From assembly GCA_963422735.1 (NCBI GenBank), contig OY730476.1, positions 1,536,001-1,600,000 of the forward strand: a stretch of DNA of 64,000 bases. The letters are read 5' to 3'. The notes under the pieces are model-generated. The model made no database searches and had not been told where the DNA came from. It saw nothing but the letters and a program-made list of their open reading frames with translations. Each line of letters starts with the position of its first letter. Positions within the stretch are counted from its first letter, which is position 1. A program made the translations under genes and the position numbers. Shown here in pieces: positions 46,556 to 54,468 of the stretch. The DNA is from Candidatus Latescibacterota bacterium (lineage in GTDB: Bacteria; Latescibacterota; UBA2968; UBA8231).

Positions 46556-49506
46556 TGGGTGCGCCGCGAGCTAAATGCGCATTGCTACTGGGCGTCGTAG
46601 TCCTGTGTGCCCTTGAGGTCGGTGCCCAGACAGACTACGGCAACCGCCTTGGTCGCCGGGTTGACGAGCACCGCGTGTTCTCGGCCGCGGGCCGGTCGGT
46701 GCTGATCGACGCCCTGGACCCAACCATTCAGCGCTGGTACTTGCCGCAGGAGCTGTTTACCGAGTACGGCCGCCGCCAGTGGCAGTACACCAACTATGCG
46801 CGGGAACCTTTTCTCCGCTACGTGTCGCGCAGCCAAGAGGGTTTCTACTTTTACGATCCCTACGGCGATTTGATCACCCGCGGCTGGCTCATCTACGACT
46901 GGCGGCAGACCCAGCCGCTTACCAGTGCCAGCAATCAGCTCACCAAGCGCGGCGAGTACCTAAGCTGGTTCAACCGCCTTATCATCTCTTCGGACAGCAG
47001 CGGAGACTACAGCTATTCAATCGTGGTCGGGGATGAGCTTTTTACGACGCTGACGCCCCTGACTTTCCGCAAGACTGGCTTCAATGGCGTAGTGACTAGT
47101 TTGGCCAGCCAGCGCTTGCGGGCGACCGGGCTATTTTCGCGGATCTCGTCGCCGATTATCGACATCAGTGCGGATTTTCCGACTCGGCAGCTAGAAAACG
47201 CGACGAACCTATCGGCACTTCGCATTGAGGCCGATGTCGGCGATCACCTGACCTTAGGTACGACCTTTATCAATTCCCACAGCAACAACGGGGCCTTGGA
47301 GAGCTTCCAGGAAAGTCCCTTTACGGGTTTGCTGACCTCGGGCCAGTTAGACCGGCGGCTCGAATTACTGGTGGTGAGGCTGTTCGACGATTCGCCCGAA
47401 GACGGCGAGGGAGGTGCCGTCCTCTTCAGCGACGATGTGGAAATCACGACGACCTTGATGCGCGAGGTCGTCGCGGGCGACAGCGTGACTTTGGTGCCGC
47501 GGGATACGGTCATCACCGGCAGTAGCATAGGCTACCGCCCGTTGCGCGAAGGGGGCAAGCTGCGCGACGGCTTTCTCACGGCCGATGGCTCCGAGCGCAT
47601 AACGCTCAAATATCCGCTCGCAGTCGAAGATGGGGACGACGAAGCGGGGACCTTGCGTCTGCTATTGCAGCAGAGTTTGGGGCTGAGCTTGGCCGAGGCC
47701 GAGGACGCGGTGACCGCGATTAAGAAGGTACGCTTCCGGCTCATTCTGGCCAACGACTACCGAGTGGAGGTGGCGTCCGACCGACAGACTAATCCGGTGG
47801 ATCAGCCGCAATTTCTACAGGTCGCGCGAGCGGCAGGCAACATCAAGAACCGCCTCAACCAGCAAGAGGTGGCCTTTGACTACGGGCTGCCCACCGCGAG
47901 CCAGATATACGGCGTTACCGCTGAGATGCGAGATTGGTACGGGTTCGACTTCTACGGAGAATTCAACGTCAGCACCCGGTATCGCAAGCATCCCACGACG
48001 ACTCTAAAGAAGCACGAGGCCATCGCCGGCATTGTCGGAGACAAGCACGACGTGGCCTACATGGTCAACTTGGCGCGGAACATCGGCCCTTGGTGCTTTT
48101 TTTTCGAAGGCTTCGGCATGGACGACGGATACAGCACCAACGTGCGGCCAGTGGATGGCCGCGGCTTGGTTGACTACTCGCCCGAAGCCATCATCCAGTC
48201 CTATGACTTTGTCGATGACAACGACGACAACGACCGGCACCCAGATCAGTTGCGCCGCTTTCAGGGCAGTTTGATTCCCATTCCGGGTCAGACTTTCCGG
48301 ATCCGGGCCAACGGCGTGGCCGATCCAGCGGTTTTCCCCGGTTACGACGAAAACGGGGATTTCCTTTCCGATTTCAACCAAAACAGCAACGGCGAGCGGC
48401 AAAACTTCTTCCCGGACTACGATGAGCCTTTTCTGCGCTACGAGGTCGATCGGCCCGAGTTTCTCTTTGGCATCGATTTGAACAACAACGGCTGGGTCGA
48501 TCGCTTTGAAAACGACGAAGAGCCAGACTACCCCTATAAGAAAGACCACTGGGGCTACAATTTTTACACCAGCGTCCAAGTCAATCCCGAAATCCGACTC
48601 ACGGCCGGCCGCCTGCGCCAAGCCATGCACCAAGCCGCGCGCGACAACGATACCTTCTACGGGATCTTTACCTTTACCAAGAGCCACCCCACGCTGGGTC
48701 GCTGGCGGCTCTTCGACATGGTGCGGAAGGCCGAAGACAACATCGAAGATCACCTCGTGCAGTGGATCGTGCCCCGAGCGGAGTTCGGCCAATTCAGCGA
48801 GACAACGGGCAGCAATGTGCCCATGCCCGACCTATTGGCCGCCGAGAACACGTGGATCAACACGCTGTACTCGGACTGGGAGTACGACAGCCCTAGGGGC
48901 TGGAGCACCCGCCACCGGTTCAAAATGGACGTGTGGAAGCAACAGGAGGCCGAGGTGATATTGGCCCGGGACGAGGAGGACCGTGTGCTCTTAGACGACG
49001 AGGGCGCACCGGTGGTGGCCTTCGATCCCTTGGGCCCCGAGGGCCGCAATGGTCGCGAGTCGTCCAGTTTTGTCGGGTTGATAGACAAGGTCTCCTATGC
49101 GTTCTCGTGGAAGTCGATCGCCATTTCCCTGCGCATCAAAAGCGAATTTATGCATCAAATCCCCTTCAGCCGTAGCGCGCCGCAGGAACGCAGTTACGAC
49201 ATGCTCTACATAGTGCTGGCGAATTTCCCGATTCTCCACCGCTCTTATGTGCAGCTAGGAATTGAGGGGCGCTATTTCTACGACCTCGAAGGCGACGAGA
49301 GGCAACTCGCGGCCGGAGAGCGGACTGGCGACTTTCGCGGCACGGTCTTGGCCTGCCAACTGACGAGCACTCGTGCCTATTCTGGATACGAGTTGACCAC
49401 GCAGATGGGGGTTCGCTTCGACCGTCGCTCGTTGGAGGTCAAAGATGGAGATGGGGAGCGGAAGACCTCGGGCCTAGTGTTCCTTTCGGTATTTGCCGGA
49501 TTGTAG
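46555..49506 (+). CDS. Large secreted or putative outer-membrane protein, family B paralog
   Basis: Shares YGNRLGR, ALDP...WY.PQELF.EYG, TTLTP.TF, DD.PEDGEGGA, FDYGLPT and EPFLRY.VDRPEFLFGIDLNNN with 43772. Ends VFLSVFAGL. TAATG coupling. Confidence 0.65.
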   Translation: MGAPRAKCALLLGVVVLCALEVGAQTDYGNRLGRRVDEHRVFSAAGRSVLIDALDPTIQRWYLPQELFTEYGRRQWQYTNYAREPFLRYVSRSQEGFYFYDPYGDLITRGWLIYDWRQTQPLTSASNQLTKRGEYLSWFNRLIISSDSSGDYSYSIVVGDELFTTLTPLTFRKTGFNGVVTSLASQRLRATGLFSRISSPIIDISADFPTRQLENATNLSALRIEADVGDHLTLGTTFINSHSNNGALESFQESPFTGLLTSGQLDRRLELLVVRLFDDSPEDGEGGAVLFSDDVEITTTLMREVVAGDSVTLVPRDTVITGSSIGYRPLREGGKLRDGFLTADGSERITLKYPLAVEDGDDEAGTLRLLLQQSLGLSLAEAEDAVTAIKKVRFRLILANDYRVEVASDRQTNPVDQPQFLQVARAAGNIKNRLNQQEVAFDYGLPTASQIYGVTAEMRDWYGFDFYGEFNVSTRYRKHPTTTLKKHEAIAGIVGDKHDVAYMVNLARNIGPWCFFFEGFGMDDGYSTNVRPVDGRGLVDYSPEAIIQSYDFVDDNDDNDRHPDQLRRFQGSLIPIPGQTFRIRANGVADPAVFPGYDENGDFLSDFNQNSNGERQNFFPDYDEPFLRYEVDRPEFLFGIDLNNNGWVDRFENDEEPDYPYKKDHWGYNFYTSVQVNPEIRLTAGRLRQAMHQAARDNDTFYGIFTFTKSHPTLGRWRLFDMVRKAEDNIEDHLVQWIVPRAEFGQFSETTGSNVPMPDLLAAENTWINTLYSDWEYDSPRGWSTRHRFKMDVWKQQEAEVILARDEEDRVLLDDEGAPVVAFDPLGPEGRNGRESSSFVGLIDKVSYAFSWKSIAISLRIKSEFMHQIPFSRSAPQERSYDMLYIVLANFPILHRSYVQLGIEGRYFYDLEGDERQLAAGERTGDFRGTVLACQLTSTRAYSGYELTTQMGVRFDRRSLEVKDGDGERKTSGLVFLSVFAGL

Positions 49507-49518
49507 GGGCGGGAAGCG

Positions 49519-51273
49519 ATGACGACCACCGCGCAGCAGGGCTGGATCATCAGCCGCCAATGGGATTTCTTGTTTTTCATTGGCACCCCGCTGCTTTCTC
49601 TCGCGGTGCTGCTGCTCGCCGCCAACTACTTCACCTCTGCTGACATAGCTCTCTTTGTGCTGGCCTTTTTCGCGGTGGGGCACCACCTACCCGGGCTGAT
49701 GCGTGCCTATGGCGAGCGGGAGCTGTTTGGCCGCTACAAGACCCGCTTCATCGTCGCTCCGCTGGTGATCGCTTCCTTCGTTAGCTGGAGCGTGTTCAAC
49801 GGCCATCTCGGGTTTTTTATTTTCTTGGCCCTGTGGGACATGTGGCACTTCTTTATGCAGCACTACGGCTTCATGCGGATCTACGAGGTCAAGCGACGCC
49901 GACCCTCGCAGTTGAGTGCGCGGCTGGACTGGTGGCTGACGGCCGTCTGGTTCGGATACGTGATAGCAGCCAGTCCCCACTATCTGATCAATTTTTTAGA
50001 GCGCTGCCACCGCTATGGCTTTGGGCTGTACTCTTGGATCAAGCCCGAATACGTCTTCTCGCTGCGGGATGCCTTGTTGTACTTGGCGCTGGTCTTGTCA
50101 GTGGTCTACATCGGTAACATGGTCGTCGAAAGGCGTCGCGGTGCATCCATCGTCTGGCCCAAGCTGGCGATTTCGGCCACTACGTTCGCCACGGTCTATT
50201 ACGCTTACATCATTCTCGAAGACGTCATCTTGGGCTATGCGGTCACCGCGCTGGCACACGATATTCAGTACTTCGCCATCGTGTGGATCTACAATCACGG
50301 AGTGCTCAGGCGCTCGCGTGACTTGGGGCGGTCCTTCTTTCGCTTCCTATTCGCCGATGGGCGCTTGCGGATCGTCCTGTTTTACCTAGTGCTGATATTG
50401 GCGTACGGCGGCATAGAGGCCCTCGCACGGGCGACCCAGAACTTCCTGATTTACGATATAGTCAAGGTGCTCATCGCCACCTCGGCCTTTATGCACTACT
50501 ACTACGATGGGTTCATGTGGAAGGTCGGCAAGAAAGAGATCCGGCAGAACTTGATAGACGAGGCTTCCGCAGAGGCGCCGCGTGAGGAGGCCCTGCCGCG
50601 CCGTGGCTGGAACGCGCTAGCGATGCGCTGGCAGAAGGCGCGGGCGCAGTGGACGGTGCTCTCCTATGGGTTTGAGACCGGCAAGCAGGTGCTGTACTTT
50701 GGGGTGCCCATCTTCTTCTTGGCTTGGACCGACGCCCAGTATTCGCTGTCGGACGTAAACGCCAAAGAATACTTGGCCCGGCTGGCACCGAGCGTGGCCA
50801 AAGCCCACGACGACTTGGGGGTGGCCTATAGTAGGCAGGGGGATTTCGACCGCGGCATCTCCGCCCACCAACAGGCCATTGCCGCGGATTCTACTTATGC
50901 CCAAGCCTATACGCACTTGGGGATCGCCCATTCGCTCCAAGGCGATATAAAGGCCGCCATCGGCCTGCACCAACAGGCCATCGCGCTAGATCCCGAGCTG
51001 GCGCAGGCCCATTTCAACCTAGGGGTGGAATACACGAAAATGGAACGACTCAGGGAGGCGATTGGCGAGCTTGAGCGCGCGGTGTCCTTAGACGCGAACT
51101 ACGACCGTGCCCACTTGGCCCTCGCGCAGACGTACAAAAAGATGGGTAACCAGCCCCTCGCAAAAAGGCACTGGAACCGGGCACGCCACTTGCAGGCCTC
51201 CGCACAGCGGAAGGATTTGAGCCTCAGTGCCATGCCTTGGGCTACCGGAACGCCGCTCAAAGGCGATTCTTGA
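49519..51273 (+). CDS. Multi-TM membrane protein with His motifs and C-terminal TPR repeats
   Basis: About 9-10 hydrophobic segments with GHH, WHFFMQHYG, AHDIQY and HYYYDG. Four TPR-like units follow (AHDDLG, AYTHLG, AHFNLG, AHLALA). Confidence 0.75.
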   Translation: MTTTAQQGWIISRQWDFLFFIGTPLLSLAVLLLAANYFTSADIALFVLAFFAVGHHLPGLMRAYGERELFGRYKTRFIVAPLVIASFVSWSVFNGHLGFFIFLALWDMWHFFMQHYGFMRIYEVKRRRPSQLSARLDWWLTAVWFGYVIAASPHYLINFLERCHRYGFGLYSWIKPEYVFSLRDALLYLALVLSVVYIGNMVVERRRGASIVWPKLAISATTFATVYYAYIILEDVILGYAVTALAHDIQYFAIVWIYNHGVLRRSRDLGRSFFRFLFADGRLRIVLFYLVLILAYGGIEALARATQNFLIYDIVKVLIATSAFMHYYYDGFMWKVGKKEIRQNLIDEASAEAPREEALPRRGWNALAMRWQKARAQWTVLSYGFETGKQVLYFGVPIFFLAWTDAQYSLSDVNAKEYLARLAPSVAKAHDDLGVAYSRQGDFDRGISAHQQAIAADSTYAQAYTHLGIAHSLQGDIKAAIGLHQQAIALDPELAQAHFNLGVEYTKMERLREAIGELERAVSLDANYDRAHLALAQTYKKMGNQPLAKRHWNRARHLQASAQRKDLSLSAMPWATGTPLKGDS

Positions 51274-51291
51274 GACTGAAAGAGAAAATGC

Positions 51292-51320
51292 TTGACAAAA
51301 AAGGTGACTCATTATTTTTT
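51292..51320 (+). promoter_or_regulatory. Probable sigma70-type promoter upstream of 51398
   Basis: Perfect TTGACA at 51292-51297 followed by an AT-rich CATTATTTTT element in an AT-rich intergenic region. The spacing is not canonical. Confidence 0.4.
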
Positions 51321-51397
51321 AGATACTTTTGCATTATGCGTCTTAAAAGGGCGTTTTTCATCATTCACTCAACCAACAATAGATAGGGGGTTGTAGC

Positions 51398-52360
51398 ATG
51401 AGCAAGAAAATTGCGGTGCTGGCTGCTATTATGGGCTTAGTAAGCTCGTCCGCTTTCGCCCATATTCCCGAAGGACGGGTATTAGCTGCCTTCCAGTGGC
51501 CGACTGATAAGCTGCCCGTCCTCGACGGCGACATCTCAGAGTGGGAAATCATGCCAGCCGAGGTATGGATTGACAGCGACGATCCCGACATCGTCGTTGG
51601 CGAAGGCGACGTCGGGCGTGAAAAGGACCGTTCTAATCTGTTCTTTCGTTTTGCCATGGGCTGGAACGACGAATTGAATCGCATCTACTATGTCTTCGAC
51701 CGCTTTGATGACGTTTGGGATCGCGATGCCGGCGGCATTGGCTGCTGCGGCCAAGACGACTCGATTGAGATCGGTCTGGACTCCGACCACTCCGGTGGTT
51801 GGTTCCACGCCGGCGGCGCTGGCATTGCTGGCGACTTGACCGAAGAAGAGAACAAGCTCTTCACCGGCGGCCAGACCCAGACCTCGCATTACCGCTGGCC
51901 GGCTATCACGTCTGGCAGTGATCCTAATGGCTGGAGTTGGTTTTGGATGTCCAGTTCGACTTGGCACGGCGACGAGCCGTACCAGTGCTGCGCGGACTCC
52001 TTCAAACTCGACGGTGTCCATGGTGCTGAGGCCAATTTCCAAGCCGAGTGGTACACCATTGGCTGGGACGATTTCAACTGGCAGGGTCCCGAGCTAAGCA
52101 CCCCGCACGACTTCGTCGAGATGGAAATTGTCGGCGCTGGTTTGCAGGTCGTCGATAACGACAACGGCCCGGAAGATGCCGAATCCAACACCCCTTGGAC
52201 GGCCAAGTGGACGTTAGGCGGCCAGTCTGACATCTTCGGTAACGCCAGTTCGTTTTCCGACTTTGTTTTGATGCCACTCGACGAAGCCGCTCTCGCTAAT
52301 CTCCCGACCGCGGTCGAGAACGATAGCTGGGGCCATATCAAGGCTTCCGTCGCTAGGTAA
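51398..52360 (+). CDS. Secreted acidic protein, family C (CBM9/DOMON-like), with a TAVE..SWG.IK tail
   Basis: Signal peptide AFA-H; P.LDGDISEW; GWN; DDSIEIGLDSD; VVDND; ends PTAVENDSWGHIKASVAR. Has its own promoter and terminator. Confidence 0.65.
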   Translation: MSKKIAVLAAIMGLVSSSAFAHIPEGRVLAAFQWPTDKLPVLDGDISEWEIMPAEVWIDSDDPDIVVGEGDVGREKDRSNLFFRFAMGWNDELNRIYYVFDRFDDVWDRDAGGIGCCGQDDSIEIGLDSDHSGGWFHAGGAGIAGDLTEEENKLFTGGQTQTSHYRWPAITSGSDPNGWSWFWMSSSTWHGDEPYQCCADSFKLDGVHGAEANFQAEWYTIGWDDFNWQGPELSTPHDFVEMEIVGAGLQVVDNDNGPEDAESNTPWTAKWTLGGQSDIFGNASSFSDFVLMPLDEAALANLPTAVENDSWGHIKASVAR

Positions 52361-52394
52361 ATCACTCGCTTAAAGCAGCAAATATCCGTATGTG

Positions 52395-52432
52395 GAACGG
52401 GTAGGTCTTTATTGATCTACCCGTTCTTTTTT
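52395..52432 (+). terminator. Rho-independent terminator
   Basis: GAACGGGTAG-GTC...GAT-CTACCCGTTC hairpin followed by T6. Confidence 0.85.
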
Positions 52433-52474
52433 GTCATATTTTTTTCATTTCCTCAGTCAAGTCACAAGGCCGTT

Positions 52475-54400
52475 ATGCCCCAGCGCATTGGGATTCTCCT
52501 CGCATTTGGATGGTGTTTTTGGGGTCGGCCGGCTTCCGTTGCCGCCCTGACCGTAATCCGCCTCGGAGGGGAGGATCTGCCCCCGCCCGATTTGGAGGTT
52601 CCCTACGAGTTCGTGCAGTTGTCATGGGCCGGAGTGGACCCCAAGAGGCATGGCTTGGCCGAACTAGTAAAAATAGATACCGGCTTTGTCGAGCCGCTGC
52701 ACTTGGATCCCACTGTCAATTTGGTGCCGATGCTCAAAGAGCGCGGCGGACAGATCCTGTCCCTGACTTGGATCGGCTGGGGGCCGGCTAGCGGTAACGA
52801 CTTAGCCATATTCGATGGCGACCCCACGACGGCTTTTTTGGGCGATGGCGATTGGGGCGGGGATTACGGCGTCATTCGCCAGAAATCGCTAATTTTCGAC
52901 TTTGGGGGCCGCTTTTTCCTCGAGCGCATTCGCTTTTCCCCTCGCGAGCGATTTTTGGCCGACCGGTTTGTGCAACGCTTCATCATCGGCATCAGCGACG
53001 GCGATCCGCTCAAGAAAGGCACTCGGGAATTCACGCAGGGCATCCGGGGTAGCTTCTTTGACTTCGACCTTCCGTACGATGTCTTCGAGAACATCGAGTC
53101 CGTCATTGATATGCCCTTGCCGACCGTGCCGGTGCAGCAGTTGCTATTTGAAGCGCCTGAGAACACGACCGGTATCTGGGAGATCGCGGAGTTGGAAATC
53201 TACGGCAATGGTTTTGCGCCGTTTGCCAGCTATGTGTCGAACGTGATCGACCTGGGTGGCCCTGCCAGCCTCGGTAGTCTGACGTGGGCTGGCCAACAGG
53301 GTGAAGGAGCCACGCTGGCGTTGAGTACGCGCAGTGGCCACGACGACGATCCCAACACCTACTGGCGCTACACCTTTCGCGGCGGTGAGCGCACCCGCTT
53401 CGACGCCAAGGGGCACCCGCTAACCTTGGCGTCATACAACAGACTTGCCAGCGGTGCGCAGGCGGGCATCACCCACGACACAGCCGGGTGGACCTTCTGG
53501 AGCACCGCACAGGACTTTGCCGCTGGCGAGGGGGTCATCGCCGGGGCCGGTCCACGCCAGTTTGTGCAGGTGCGCATCGACTTCACCTCGGGGCAGAGTG
53601 TCAGTGGTCGGCTCGACTGGGTGGCACTGGCGGTGTCGATCCCGCCGGTGGCGCAACAAGCCGTCGCCGAGATCATGCCTTCGGTGGTGCCACCGGGGGC
53701 TGCCGCCGCGTTCACCTATAAGGTCAAGGCGTCGATGGCCAGCGATGACTTGGGCTTTGACCGGTTAGCCATCGATACGCCGGCACGGGTGCAGCGCGTG
53801 GATGAGGTGCGCTTGTCGGGTCAGCCGGTGGCCTTCGATGTGGTCCAGAGCGACGACACCGGAGTGGTGTTGGCCGTGCCCTTAGTGGATACGCAGCGCA
53901 CCGAAGAGGTGTTAGAGGTGGACTTTCACGCGTCGGTATTCCAGTTTGGCACGGTGTTTACGGGTCGCATTTTCAACAGCCAGCATCCGGCGGAAGTGCC
54001 GCAAGCGTTAGCCTGGGGCGATGCCGATGGGGTGCCTTCCAGCGAGCGGCTGCGGGTGGATTTGACGGGGTTGGGTACGGGTCCGTTGGGTGCATTGTCG
54101 GTGGATCCTGGGGTGTTTAGTCCCAATGGGGATGGGATTAACGATGTAGTAGAGGTCGGCTGCGATGTGCTGAATTTGTCGGGGTTGTCGTCGGTGATTT
54201 GTTGGGTGTATGATGTGTCGGGTCGTCGCGTGGGCTTGGTGGGTGAGTCCTGGTTGGGTAGTGGTCGGTATGTGGGGGTGTGGGAGGGTCGGGATGAGAA
54301 AGGTTCTTTGTTGCCTCCGGGATTGTATGTGGTGGGTTTGAGTGTGGAGACGGATCAGGGGACGACGCAGAGGCAGGCTGTCGTCTCCTTGGTATACTAA
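52475..54400 (+). CDS. Secreted protein, family A paralog
   Basis: FDGDP.TA, FDFGGRFFLERIRFSPR, WEIAELEIYG.GF...SY.SNVIDLG, FSPNGDGIND...YDVSGR...WEGRD..G.LLPPGLY. ATG at 52475 chosen because it lies past the terminator. Confidence 0.75.
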   Translation: MPQRIGILLAFGWCFWGRPASVAALTVIRLGGEDLPPPDLEVPYEFVQLSWAGVDPKRHGLAELVKIDTGFVEPLHLDPTVNLVPMLKERGGQILSLTWIGWGPASGNDLAIFDGDPTTAFLGDGDWGGDYGVIRQKSLIFDFGGRFFLERIRFSPRERFLADRFVQRFIIGISDGDPLKKGTREFTQGIRGSFFDFDLPYDVFENIESVIDMPLPTVPVQQLLFEAPENTTGIWEIAELEIYGNGFAPFASYVSNVIDLGGPASLGSLTWAGQQGEGATLALSTRSGHDDDPNTYWRYTFRGGERTRFDAKGHPLTLASYNRLASGAQAGITHDTAGWTFWSTAQDFAAGEGVIAGAGPRQFVQVRIDFTSGQSVSGRLDWVALAVSIPPVAQQAVAEIMPSVVPPGAAAAFTYKVKASMASDDLGFDRLAIDTPARVQRVDEVRLSGQPVAFDVVQSDDTGVVLAVPLVDTQRTEEVLEVDFHASVFQFGTVFTGRIFNSQHPAEVPQALAWGDADGVPSSERLRVDLTGLGTGPLGALSVDPGVFSPNGDGINDVVEVGCDVLNLSGLSSVICWVYDVSGRRVGLVGESWLGSGRYVGVWEGRDEKGSLLPPGLYVVGLSVETDQGTTQRQAVVSLVY

Positions 54401-54468
54401 AGGAGACGAGTATAGCGGACGATGCACAATTTCCGTACCCTAAACGAGTTAAAACACCTCAGAACATA

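Noticed and set aside
54040-54400. Diversity-generating retroelement variable region
   Set aside because: No reverse transcriptase or template repeat seen in the window, and C is depleted as well as A.
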